Positions 23,440 to 35,841 of a stretch of 64,000 bases of DNA are shown piece after piece. A program made the translations under genes and the position numbers. The stretch lies in contig NC_057758.1 in the NCBI RefSeq assembly GCF_004010195.1, positions 6,472,650-6,536,649 on the forward strand, read 5' to 3'. The notes under the pieces were generated by a model that worked only from the letters and a program-made list of their open reading frames with translations, was not told where the DNA came from and did not search any database. Every line of letters starts with the position of its first letter. The first letter of the stretch is position 1. Origin of the DNA: Chiloscyllium plagiosum. Taxonomy: Eukaryota.

Positions 23440-25740
23440 GTGTCCTGTATCAGTGGTAACAACAGTGCAGCGGATAGAATCAAATTTACAGACAGAGCAG
23501 ATCAGTGCAACACTCAGTCGTGTTGGTCTGGAGTCAAATGTAAGGACGAGCAAGTCAGGGGAAAATAAGGTGGTATGGTTCTGGAGTCAGATGTAGAGAC
23601 AGAGTATGCCATTGGTGCTCACAGTGCTGTGTGTCTAGCGTCATAGAATGACACAGTTAAAAAACACAACCTTTGCTACAACTCGGCCATGCCGAAAAGA
23701 TATCCGAAATTTATCGAACCTCATTTGGCAGCATTTATCTCATATCACTCTAATTGCTTCCTATTCAAATCCACAACCAGGTGCCTTTTAAATATTATAA
23801 TTGTTGCAGTATTTTACATTTCCTCTGCCAGTTCATTTCATGCATGTGCCATCTTCTTGGCGAAAGGAAGTTGCCCCTCAGGTCTCGTTTAAATCATTCC
23901 CCTCTCAGCCTGAAACAGAGGCTGTTTCCTTTGGTCTCCACTACCGTGGAGAACAGACAACAGTTTTCACCCTATCCATGCCCATCATGATGTTTTAAAA
24001 ATTCATAAGGTCACCCATCAGCTCGAGGGAAAACGAAGAATCAGCCTCTTGAGTCTAATCCTCAACGGCAAACCCGCCAAACGTGACGATATCCTTATAA
24101 ATCCTTTGTGGTACCCACAGAGCTGTGGGTCTGGACTTACATACAGAGACAGATCAGACGAGTCGTAACTGCAGTTCCATGGGCTGGAGTCACGTTTAAA
24201 TTCACAGCAGGTTAGTGATAACCAGAGTTCTGTGGGTCTGTTGTCAAATATAGAGAGAGAGAGCAGGTCAATGGTAGCCACAGTGCTGTGGGTCTGGAGT
24301 CACGAATGGAAACAACTTTAGAGAGTGGTAATCACCGTGTTCAGCGTCTGGAGTCAAGTGCAGAAACAGAGGCGATCATTTCTAAGCATAGTTTTGTTTC
24401 CCTATGTTACTTTTTGAGACAGAGTTGGTCAATAGTGCACTCAGTGCTATGGCCCTGTAGTCACAGAGCAGGTCAATCATAACCACAGTACTGTGAGTCT
24501 GAAGTCACCTGTACAGACAGCGCCGGTGTGTACTGACCACATTGCTATGGATCTGATTCGAATGCAGGTACAGTGCAGATGAGTGGTAACCAAAGAGCTG
24601 TGTTTTGGGGCTTATACGTAGAGAGGGAGCAAGTCACTGGAAACCACAGTGCGGTGTGGCTTGACTCGCATTTTGAGACAGAGCATTTCATAAATAACAA
24701 CTATGCACTCCTTCTGGTGTCACATGTAGAGCCAGAGTCGAACAGTGGCACCCACAGTGCTGTGGGTTCAGAGACACAGATACAAAGCACATGGTGATAA
24801 TGACGATGCCGTGGGTCTGGATACCAGTACTGAGCAGTTCAGTGATAATCACCGTGTTGTGGGTCTAGAGTCTCAGGATGATACAGGGAAGATCAGTATA
24901 TTGACAATGCTGTTGGTCTGGAGTCAAATTAGTGATAGAGCAGATTAATGATATACAGAGTGTTATGGATCTGGAGTTACATATAGATTGTGCAGTTGAC
25001 TGATAACCACTGTGCTTTTGGTTTGGAGTCAAATGCAGAGTGAAAACAGGTCACGGGACATCATTGTGCCGTTGTTCTGGAAGGTGATGTTGAGACAGAG
25101 TAGATCAATAGTACCCAAATTGACGTCGGCCTGCAGTCATCGTTCATAGAAACATGCAACAGAAAAACATAACCTTTAGTCACCCATGACGACCAGATAT
25201 CTTAAATTTATCGAATCACATGCACCAATATTTGGTCCATATCCCTCCAAACCTTTCTTATTTAAAATCTCACTCAATGTCTTTTATTTGTAGTAATTGT
25301 AGCAGACCCCAACACTTGCTCCGCTGGTTCATTTCATGGTTGCACTACACTGTGAGTGGAAATAGAATTGCCCATTTTATGTCTATCCCCTCACACTGAA
25401 AAGCATACCATATAGTTCTGGGCTCCAATAAACTGGGGGAAAGTCATGAACTATTCACCATACCCATGCTTTTCATGTTTTTATAAACTTCTGTCAGGTT
25501 CCCGCGAAGCTTCTGATGCGCCAGGGAAAAAAAACAACATCAGTGCCGCTGTGTGTCTGGAGTCACATGCAAAAGGAGAAAGTAGTATTGGTAACCACAA
25601 TGTTGTGGGTGTGTTGTGTGTGTGTGTGGGAACGTCAGTGGTAATTGCAGTGCTGGGAGACGGGCGTCACTTGCGGAGACAGTACAGTTGGTAGAAAACA
25701 CAATGCTGCCGGTCTGGAGTCAATTGCTGACAGATATCCG
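23440..25740 (+). repeat. ~54-bp minisatellite array with CR1 fragments; older duplicate of ~11925-14115
   Basis: ggagtca at 24296 and 24350 (54 apart); same CR1 interruptions as the 12-14 kb block. Confidence 0.8.
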
Positions 25741-26034
25741 TCCCTCAAGCGTAATCGGGGAGTCTGAGGAAGTTTTCCACAATGACCTTCAGTAGATTAC
25801 CATGAAGCAACTATTCCTTCCACAATTTTAATAAATTCAAATGTGTCCTTCTGTCTCGATGCAATTCGAATCTACATCTCATAAGGTTTTAAGTCGAAAT
25901 TCTGGAGAAGCTTAGCATGTTTTGTTTGTTCCCTAAATCAATCTGATGTGTTACTTATTACAAGAAGATATGCCACTCGTTTTGTCACAAGGGTTTTTAG
26001 ATCGATAACACAGATTCTACAAGGGAGTGAATGA

Positions 26035-26534
26035 NNNNNNNNNNNNNNNNNNNNNNNNNNNNNNNNNNNNNNNNNNNNNNNNNNNNNNNNNNNNNNNNNN
26101 NNNNNNNNNNNNNNNNNNNNNNNNNNNNNNNNNNNNNNNNNNNNNNNNNNNNNNNNNNNNNNNNNNNNNNNNNNNNNNNNNNNNNNNNNNNNNNNNNNNN
26201 NNNNNNNNNNNNNNNNNNNNNNNNNNNNNNNNNNNNNNNNNNNNNNNNNNNNNNNNNNNNNNNNNNNNNNNNNNNNNNNNNNNNNNNNNNNNNNNNNNNN
26301 NNNNNNNNNNNNNNNNNNNNNNNNNNNNNNNNNNNNNNNNNNNNNNNNNNNNNNNNNNNNNNNNNNNNNNNNNNNNNNNNNNNNNNNNNNNNNNNNNNNN
26401 NNNNNNNNNNNNNNNNNNNNNNNNNNNNNNNNNNNNNNNNNNNNNNNNNNNNNNNNNNNNNNNNNNNNNNNNNNNNNNNNNNNNNNNNNNNNNNNNNNNN
26501 NNNNNNNNNNNNNNNNNNNNNNNNNNNNNNNNNN
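26035..26534. other. Assembly gap (500 N)
   Basis: Run of N. Confidence 1.
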
Positions 26535-26799
26535 CGTCCACATTCAATTTATTTCCTATTAAATTCCATAAAGGTGAATGAAGAAATTGCAACCATCTCT
26601 GCTCATTTTGGCATATTCTAATGACCCTCGATTTTTTCATGATGCCTCCCTGTCTGAACTTTTTGAAGACGAACGTCGCTGCGCAAACTAATGAATCCAG
26701 CGTCTGCAATAATTTGCTGCTGTGCATTCCAAGCAGTGATTGTGGCGCCTCTCCAGCAGATGGAACCGTGCTGGCCTTTGCTGCCACAATCACAACTGG
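26535..26799 (-). pseudogene. Possible decayed Ig/TCR-type V-set exon, truncated by the gap
   Basis: Acceptor ttttattttcag. One frame gives QQRP...LEC-TAANYCRRWIH*(W)FAQR; other frames give SSFTF and NKLNVD. Possible leader ATG at 26998. Confidence 0.3.
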
Positions 26800-27647
26800 C
26801 TGAAAATAAAATGTCTCTGTCTCTGACGCAGATCACAGTGAACTCTGGGAAATTTCCAGCCTTTCACCGAGCTTATTACTTTATTTTAAGTGTTTGTCTT
26901 CGACCGGCTGAGACTTTCCATTGGTTTCTCGCATTGAAATTACGCGTTCTTCAATTCGGCAACTCAGAGATATATTTTGCAATAAAAATAGTACTCATGT
27001 CACTCTAACATGGCAGCCGCTATAGGCGAGTTGCATTTGGATTGACAAGTTGGGAACAAGTGGCAGAAGAGATGGCACTATCGGGACCCAGAACCTTAAG
27101 GGGAATCAGAGCAATGCCCTGTGACCAAGAGCACAAATAGTGCCTGTCGACAAACTCAGAGCAGTCAAATAGAAACTCTTTGCTCCGTAATTCGACCTTT
27201 CTGTATCAGAATCGGAATGCTTTACTGTCACTTTATTGTTTCCTTTTTTACCTCGTTCTGGCCCTTTAAACCTTGATTTCCTGGTTGGTCTCGAATTGAT
27301 GAGCTCCTCTACATGACTCCGACTTGTCCTTTCAGTCTGTCTCGTCAGACAGCAAATCACACACCTCTCTACAGGCATATCTTTACACAATGAGGCTTAG
27401 AATGAGAAGAAGGCCATTTGGCCCAATGACTCTGCTCAGTTAATAAATGAAATCCTAACTTATCTAACAATCTTTAGAATCACTGTCTTACGTTATTCCT
27501 ATATTTCTTCAAACCTGCACTGATTAAAAATTCATATCTCAGTCTTGTATACACATAATCGTCAAGCGTTGACAGGCATTACAGTGAAGTATTCCAGAGT
27601 CACACCCTCTGACAGGCGAAAATCCTGAAAATGTCTGAGTTAAATGT

Positions 27648-27956
27648 TTGTGCTTGATTGCACTTCTTCTGTTGCTGACAGCTCACATTTCCTCTTGGAT
27701 GAACAGTTTAGATTCGCTGGATGCTACTCCATCTGATGAAAATATCGAGTGTATGTTTGTGATAGATGGGATTCCAACTCCACCAGGACTGTGGTCTGGA
27801 CACTCCTGGCGATTCTGTTATGGGCGATGCATCTGTGACAAGTGTATTGGTACAGAAGCATTTCAACCAAGATACATCACCGTTGTCGGTTCAGTCATCC
27901 ATTACTGCAGTCTTACTCCTTTCCCACCTCTCTCACACTGCCACGAACAATCGTGA
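27648..27956 (+). pseudogene. Cys-rich secreted-peptide-like ORF (defensin-like candidate, no in-frame ATG at the signal)
   Basis: LIALLLLLTA hydrophobic stretch, acidic DSLDATPSDENIE, then SWRFCYGRCICDKC...HYCS. Confidence 0.25.
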
Positions 27957-28796
27957 CCCTGTCCTGCCAATGGGATAGGAAATAATTAACAAAAGTGATG
28001 GTGGTCCCTGAGATATTTCCAATCAGGCCTTTTCTTGATCAGTCAAATTGGCAAAATACAGTTGCAATCGGGAAGGAAATAATGGCTGACCAGCTGAAAG
28101 AATGTCTTTTTTAAGGACATGCATTGTATCTTCAAAAACTAACCAACACCCCTCCCCCCGCATTGCGCACATATGGATGTAATTTCTCCTGCGTGGGGAA
28201 GCACACATGCAGCACTTCTATTTCCCCAAAACCAGGAGTGAAGGCCATGACACCAGACGACGGCAGCCTCCTCTGAAGTTGCCGATCAAACTTTCAGCAG
28301 TCTCGGATGTCTGGAGGAAAGCATAGCATGGTCCTTTCCACTCCTTCACGGTTAGGGGTAACCTGATGACAATCTCACCATTCACATTGAGAAGAACGAA
28401 CAAGTGGCAGCGAGATGATCTCAAAATCGAAATTGGTCTCACTGAACATCCGGCTCGAATCTGCCACTAAGATCGCCTCAGCCCAGATTCCACACAATCA
28501 GTTTGAGTGAAGTTGAGAAACAGCAAGGAGAAACAAATGTTGGGGAGAGTTGCATATCGATTTCAAATCCGCAGTACAAGTTTTGTGCATGTATAAACAA
28601 GCAGTTTGGCTTGTGGGGATTGAAATTGTTCATGGAACTTAACAAGTCTCATTGAATCTGCGTAAAGAAAGCAGTTAATATCTCAATTCTGACGAGTTTA
28701 CATCAAAAGAGTTTGGTTTCAGTTCTTCAGCACACGCAGGTCTTTGTTGTATTTTAAATGTGCAAGTGGTAATGAATGTCTTAGGAAAAATGCTAA

Positions 28797-28951
28797 TTAA
28801 CAGCTGCCTAAGATGACACTCATCCCCCACTCCGTTACGATGCAGCTGGCAAATGTCTTCAGAAGGGCACATCGAATAAAGGAGATGTGGCAATCGCTGA
28901 TACCAATGTTGCATACAATCATTTTAACGAGGAATGTGTGAACATCCTGTA
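28797..28951 (-). pseudogene. Possible decayed beta-defensin-like exon
   Basis: Acceptor cctcctaatatag|ta (phase 1). C-NIGISD-C-HISF, then after a frameshift C-PSEDICQLH-[R]-NGVGDE-C[H]. Confidence 0.25.
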
Positions 28952-29099
28952 CTATATTAGGAGGTAGGGAGTGTGTGGAATGCATTGGACTCTCTCCCCA
29001 ATGACCTCCCCAGGCTGAAGTGACAAGGAGCTCCGAACAAAGATCGATGTGTAAACACATGACACGGGAGGCCTCTTGACAACCTCTCCAAAATATTAG

Positions 29100-29552
29100 A
29101 AAATAACAGCAACATGCGGAATTGGGAATGCTGCCTTTAATGACAGAGAAGGTGTGGAAGTGGGGACACTGCATGAACAAGGAGACATTATGTGGAAGTG
29201 GCAACTCCAGTCAAAATAACAGGGGAATGTGGAAGCGGGAATATTGTCTGAAAAGAGAGGGACAGGTGGAAGTGCAGATTTTGCTGATCATACCAGTGAA
29301 CACTTGGAAGTGGGAATCCTGTCCAATAAAAACAGAGAACATTTTGAAGCTGGAATATCTCTAAAATAACAAAGAAATGTGTAAGTAGGAATGTTGTCCA
29401 AAATAATTGGAATATGTCGAAGTGGTGATACTGTTTAAACCAACAGCACAATGTGGCTATTGGAATGTCATCTCAAATGAAATGATCGTGAGGATGTGGG
29501 AATTGTTTTGAAAATAACAGGAGGATTGTTGAGTTGGGAATGCTGTCTGAAG
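29100..29552 (+). repeat. Degenerate ~37-bp minisatellite; appears to resume near 30650-30800
   Basis: gtggaag anchors at 29154, 29192, 29229, 29266 and 29304 (ttggaag). Confidence 0.75.
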
Positions 29553-30895
29553 TTGATTTAATTATTCATTGATATATTTATTGTCACTCGTATCTCGTTT
29601 CTAAACGTCGTGAAAAGTATTTTATTCTGCGGCCACTCTCTAGTGCCATCTTAAAGCAAAAGAAACATATGTGAAAACATAGAATATAATGTTAGAAAAT
29701 TAGTAAATAGCATCAGAGAATTCATAGAATCTCTACCATGTAGAAACAGGCCAGTCGGCCCAAAACGTCCACCCAGTCCTTCTGAAGAGTAAACCATCCA
29801 GAATCATTCTCCTATTACACTATATTTCCCCTGACTAATGCACTTCGCTACACATCCCTGAATAATATGGGCAATTTAGCATGGTCAATTCACCTAACCT
29901 GCATATCTTTCAATTACAAAAACTCTACAACTTTACTGCTCTTTCATGGGCAATGCACCTCGGGGCGAGGCACGAGGATTGCCCTGGCACTGCAACTGGA
30001 ACAAATATCACTCCTCTTCAGCGCCATCTTTCCGTTGCCACTACGAGTCCTCGCTGGACCTCACCAACACAGACACCACTGGTGCTGACGGGTGCAGAAT
30101 CTGGCAAACTGCCGTCACTATGAGCATTTAGAAACCAGCGGCTGGATCAGACAGATTCAACATGGATTTATGAAGGGGAAATTATGCTTCACAAATCTGT
30201 TGATTTTGGGGAGAAATCAGCATGAGGCTGTTGAGTTGGGGAATGAGCCATGGTCATGATGAATTATGCAGCAGGTTCAAAAGGCTGAATACCTTCCTCA
30301 TGCACTTCTCGCAGGGGCTTCTCCAAGACGGTTTCGGACATCCGTCGGTCATGTAGCCCTGGCTGAGGCCGCCAGGTGTCGTACGAGGCCCGAACACGCC
30401 CAGACCACAGCCTCAAGGAATCTGCGTTCAGACTGTTTCGACAATGCAGAAGCCACGGTCACCAGTCTGCGCTGCTAGGCCCATTTATCGCCTCAGAGCT
30501 CTTCACTGAAAGTCAAATAAAAGGAAATAGAAGATGATAAAAATATTACGGGAGAAGAGAAAAGTAAAGAAACGAAAATAAACGTGGATTGAGCAGACGA
30601 CCTGGTGCTCAGCAGCCCAAATCCAATTCCATTTTAGCGGAAACCAGGGACAATGACAGGAAATATGTGGAAGTAGGAATACTCGAAAACATTGCACGAC
30701 CATATGTACTGATATTTGAACACTCAGCAGTCTGCACTTGCATGCCATCGACAGCAATATAATGTCTACTACGTAGGAAAACTGATACCTGGACTCTCAG
30801 AATTGTTCAGACTCTGTATTATCTACGTAATGCAATGTCTCCAGTACTGCAATGTACACAGCGTGAGAAGTTGTGTCAACTGTTTTTCATCAAAT

Positions 30896-31763
30896 TGTTA
30901 TGGTCAAGCAAAATAAATCCTTGACACTAATTTATAAATCACCCAGTACCAATTCGTTTATCTAACTCTAACAGTAAATAAACTAACTGAACTATTAATA
31001 ACCTGAAAAAACCACTTCTAATTACAAAATAATGCCTAATAAGAGATTCCTAAAGAAACCTGACAAGATTTGTTTGGCGTGCTGATCCAATAGATACAGG
31101 TCCCACCTCTTTAAGAAATCCTAGAATTTAGTCTATCAAATTATAACCAAGTTACATGTCTTCCGCGGTGGTTTTTTGCCTTCTCTGTTTATTCTACATC
31201 AGCATTGTTCTCTAGTTGTGTCGCTGTTCTCGTTGGTAATTCGATGGTGTTTCACCTCAGTCATAGAGAACTGTGAGGTATAGACATTTTCTGTCGGGAG
31301 CTGACGACCGTTCGTTCTGGAAGATGGCAGCCAGCTCTGAGTCCTTTGTCCAACTGCCCCCTTCTTTTTAGACAATTGGTGAGATATCTATAATTTTTAA
31401 CATCGGATTGGTCCTGTGTTGTCAGAACCATCAGGCTTAAATTTATCGGATTCAGGAAACTAAGTGCCTGGTTCAAATTGATTGCCTCAATTCAAAAGTC
31501 TGTCGTCTTGGTAAAAAAAAAAAACTGCTGATTGTCCTGCTGCTTGTACAACCTTTTGATACACATTTCAATTCGGGTGCTTTCTGTGTACGTGCAAACT
31601 TTAAGGCGACTGCTCAAAGACATCCATTCTAGATCTCGAACAACAGAAAATGCACATAATCTACAAAAGCGGACATGCAATGTTTTCATGCCAGCATTGT
31701 GCAAACACGAAATTCTAACTTCCTGACTCACAATCTACAAGTTACCTTTTCAGTTTCACAACA
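30896..31763 (-). mobile_element. Probable solo LTR (~870 bp)
   Basis: TGTTATG...CACAACA termini. Minus strand has two CCAAT boxes, a TATA-like tctaaaaag and AATAAA, and ends ccataaca. No clear TSD. Confidence 0.45.
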
Positions 31764-32519
31764 TTTGGACCGCATTTAATTGCAGCAGAGTCCAGTCCGA
31801 ACATTGAACACACAAGCTTACAAAGAGATGCTGGATCATTTCTAGTCTTTACTGTGTGACAATGCAAACTTTGTTAAACTCTCAGACTGAATGGAGCCTT
31901 GTGGCCAGTGAAGTCCATGTTAGTGGCGAATATAAAACAGAGAGATGAACTGTTCAAAATGGTCAGAGACCGCTTCCCGTCACATCACTGAAATGGAAGT
32001 ATTTCTGTCAATTGTGCCAGCCACCAGGCGTTTGGGCTGCTTTTCTGTTCGTGTTCTGACTTTAGTCTGCAGCTGATTCTCACACATTGATTCTCCACAA
32101 TAAACGTCGAGATACGGAGGGCTCAGGTGGTGCAATGGAAGTGTTCTCTCTTTGTTTCAGAAGATCCAGATTCATCTTCGAAATTTCTTCATCATACCTC
32201 GGAAGCACAAAACCAACTTTGAAATAAGGGCAGTGTTTCCATCAAAATTAAGATTGACTGCTCTTTCATAATTATAGATTCATAGAGTCCTGCAGCCCGG
32301 AGATAGGCCCTTTCACCCTAAATGATCAATGCCGACTAAAAGGTCACCCATACCAACCCCATTTCCCTGCACTTGGCCCATATGCTTCTAAACCTTTCCG
32401 ATCCAATGTATTTGTCCAAATGCATTTTGAATGTTGGTATTGTACTCGTCTGAATCAATTCTGCTAGCTGGTAATTCCATATAAAATCAGATATGTTTTT
32501 AAGTGACTAGTCCATCGTC

Positions 32520-32855
32520 ACGTTCGCTCAGTGGTCAGCGCTTCTGCTACACAGCACCACTGACCCGGGTTCGATACCATCCTCACTGGAATCTCTATGT
32601 GGAGTTTGCAAGTTTTCCCCTTTTCTGCGTGCTTGCTCTCCTGGTGCTCTGGTTTCCTTTCAGAGCCACAAATATGTGCAGGTTAGGTGAATTGGCCATG
32701 TAAAATTGCCATTAGTGATCAGGGATGTGGAGGCCAGGTAATTTAAGCAGGGGAAATGTAGATTCATAGGTGTGGGGCCATGGGTTTGAGTGAGGTATTA
32801 TTTAGAGGACCAATGTGAACCTGTTGGCCAAATGATTTGTTTCCACACAGTGGGG
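32520..32855 (+). mobile_element. Decayed HE1-like SINE
   Basis: ctcagtggtcagc, gacccgggttcgat, ggtgaattggccatg, gtttccacac. Confidence 0.75.
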
Positions 32856-33803
32856 ATTTTAATTCTATTAGTGCAATGAAAGGTATATCGGTTTGCCTGA
32901 TCTTAGAGTAGGATCAAAGGCTGGCACAACACCGAGGACTAAATGCCTTTACTGTTTTGTACTGTTCTATGTTCTTTATTTCGGCTTGAAATCTCACAGA
33001 CTCTGGAAGGTTATTGGGAGATGTAATCGAAGGTTCGGATTACTAACAGGGAAAGATAAGATATATAAGAACAAACAATGTGCACAAGTTGATGTTGAAT
33101 TCAAATATGTGCTGGTACAAAATCACGGAATTCGCGCCCTCGGGTCATTGTGGGTAAACTGCAACGTATGGATTACTGCGAATCAAGAAGGCAGTTCACC
33201 ACCACATCCTCACAGAGACCACACGGGTTGGGCATTCAGTGTTTTCCCCCAACCAGAGATGTCCACATCATAGTCTGAGAACGAGGGTCAGGCAATGCAG
33301 GAAAAATGACAGAATGCACTTCTACACTAAAACAGTTCTGGAGATTTGGAACTCTCACACTCAAATGCGTAGCGATGCTAATTCAATTGTTACATTTAAA
33401 TGTGAGATTGATCACTTTCATTGAGGCAGAGGAGCAAGGGATATGGTCCCAAGCCTTGCATATGGAGTTGTCATACAAATTAGACATGATCTTCCTGAGT
33501 AGCTGAACAGACGCAATGTGCCAAATCGCCTATTCCTATACCTACATACTTGTGAAAAATTGACTTCAATCCTCGACATTTCACTCATTACTCGTGCCCT
33601 TAACTCTGCTCGCTTTATGATGTAAGCGTTAAGGAGATATTTCCAATTTTTCATGACAATTACTGTCAGTCTGAGTTAGTGATCTACACCTTATTAGAAC
33701 GTAAAGTGCAGCCAGTCGCCATTGTATCAGTAATTGATACCACCAGTGTAAGCTGTGAACCCATAAAGGGAGGATGATCGTTTCTTCTCTCATAACCACA
33801 ACG

Positions 33804-33867
33804 ATGATGTTGGCGACCCTGTTATTCCTACTTGGAAGCCTGGTATATATGGAAGCCACCACAATTG
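33804..33867 (+). CDS. Beta-defensin exon 1 (signal peptide)
   Basis: MMLATLLFLLGSLVYMEATTI plus G|GTAAGT phase-1 donor; CATAAA at ~33762; alternative in-frame ATG at 33774. Confidence 0.7.
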
Positions 33868-34130
33868 GTAAGTTTTACTTTTTGTCTCAGTTGTAGAGGT
33901 TTTTTAATCTCCGCTTTCGCAAACATGGGAAGCATGACTTGGAACAGCAACTGACGAGTTCTTCCGATGTATGCTGCCATCTGTGTGTCTCATATGTGTC
34001 TATTCCGTCAGAACATACTGTTTTTGTCATCTTGGAAGAGAAACAAATTTTGCTAAGACTGAACAAGTCACTCGTCAAAGCACTGGTGGAATACTATAAG
34101 TAACGGTGGGCATCTTATCTCAGGAAAGAT

Positions 34131-35724
34131 CATAAGATCGGAAGACCACAGAAATTGGGCCATTTCGCCCAGTGAGTGTGCTCTACCATTCAAACACGGC
34201 TGGTAGAGTTTTCAACCCCATTTTCACGCTTTCTTCCTGTAAATATTGATCACCTTCGCAACCAAGAAACTAACTATATCAATCTTATATATACTAAATG
34301 ACCTGACTCCATGAACTTCTGTGGCAATGCATCCCATAGATTCAACACTCCTTATCTCGAAATGTTTATGTTTATCTCCATACTAAGAGTTCTTCCCTAC
34401 ACTCAAAGGTTGACTCCTCGATTCCTCGTTTTTTTCTGCCAATGGAAAACTCTTCTACATTCCACTTTGTCCAGGTCTTTCAGTCTTCTGAAAGTTTCAA
34501 TCAGGTATAAGTGATTGTTCTGAACTCCATCGAGTTCAGTCCCAGAGTACGCAAATTTCCTTAAATGTTAAGTCTTTCATTCCTCGAATGACTCTTGTGA
34601 ATACCTTCCAGACCGCTGCAGAGCCAATACATCATTCCTGAGGGATGGAGTCCAAACCTGTGCACAATACTCCAACTGTGGAATGACCAGATTTACAGTG
34701 CGTCAGATGTACATCTATGCGTCTTTTTTTCTCGTCTTTTGAGATGCTTGAAAACATTCTGATTACCAACTCAACTTGCACGTTTACCTGAAGAGGATCA
34801 TAGACCAGGACTCGAAGTCCCTTTGAACTTCATATTTCTGAATTTTCTCCCCATTTAGAAAATAGTCCATACTCCTACACGCTCTCCTAATCTCTAAACA
34901 TGTTTGAAGCCCCCATGTCTCCTCAATTTTAACAGCCCCCCTACTTATCATTGTCTCATCTGCAAACTTGACCAGAATGCTCTTAGTTGTTTCATGTTGA
35001 TGGCTAATATATGAAGTGAAAACCTGTGGTCCTAACACTGAGCTTTGTGGAAAGCCACTGGCCACGGGTTTCTTTTCTGTTTTTCTCCCACTTTCTGCGT
35101 TCTGCCAGACAGTCAATTTTCGATACATGCTCGTTCCTGGCGTTTGACAACATCCGGCCATTTCCTACTATGTTGCTTCCTTTGGCATCTTATCAAAAGC
35201 CTTCCGGAAGTGGAGATAGACAACATGGATTGGCTCTCCTTGGTCTAACCTTCTCTGTGCCCCCTCACAAAATTAAAAAACCCCTTGATAAAACAATACT
35301 GAGTTAGCCCAGTTTTGTGATGCATTTCTAAGTATTCAGAATTCTCGCCCTTCAGAATGCATTCCAAAATCTGACCATTGACTGAAGTCAGGTTTTTCAT
35401 TCTGTAATTTCCTGTCTTTCTCCCTATTCCCTTCTGAAACAGCGGTTTAACATTAGTAAGCTTCCAGTATTCTACGAGTCTCCCTGAATTTAGTGACACC
35501 ACCGAGATCACGATTAAAGGCTCCACTGTCTCTTCACTTATCTGCTTCAGAACCGTGGGACGGAGCCCATCTATATCAGGTAATTTGCCCATTTACAGAT
35601 TTTCCATTTTTTTCAGCACCTTCTCCTTGTTGCTGGCCACCGTCCTAATTTCTGCTGTCCACCCCCACCCCCCAACGATGTTAGTCACCGTTTTCACAGC
35701 AGAGACTGATGCAAATTACTCATT
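34131..35724 (-). mobile_element. CR1 LINE nested in a plus-strand CR1 fragment (~34030-34130 and ~35842-36260), inside the defensin intron
   Basis: WKLTNVKPLFQKG..GNYR..NLTSV, PQSSVLGPQVF, KFADET. Confidence 0.85.
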
Positions 35725-35841
35725 CATTCTGAAGGGCGAGAATTCTGAATACTTAGAAATGCATCACAAAACTGGGCTAACTCAGTATTGTTTTATCAAA
35801 GGGTTTTTAAATTTTGTGAGGGGGCACAGAGAAGGTTAGAC
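35243..35841. repeat. 117-bp inverted duplication (35243-35359 and 35725-35841)
   Basis: Arms differ at 2 positions. Confidence 0.95.

Larger units (their letters stand above)
6035..25690 (+). repeat. Segmental duplication copy A (paralog of ~37082-55700)
   Basis: Collinear blocks 6036-13112 ~ 37082-44692, 15759-17902 ~ 44693-46838, 17903-19441 ~ 51596-53132, 23062-25690 ~ 53133-55700; roughly 90-97% identical by eye. Confidence 0.95.

Noticed and set aside
25938..26793. Long ORFs of 184-258 aa
   Set aside because: Length is an artefact of the N gap
29100..29552. 37-bp periodic repeat as a CRISPR array
   Set aside because: Units are contiguous and degenerate with no unique spacers, no cas genes, and the context is vertebrate
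34011..34103. Alternative exon 2 for the 33804 leader
   Set aside because: Translates as a CR1 motif (LL.L.KSLV...VEY), so it is LINE-derived
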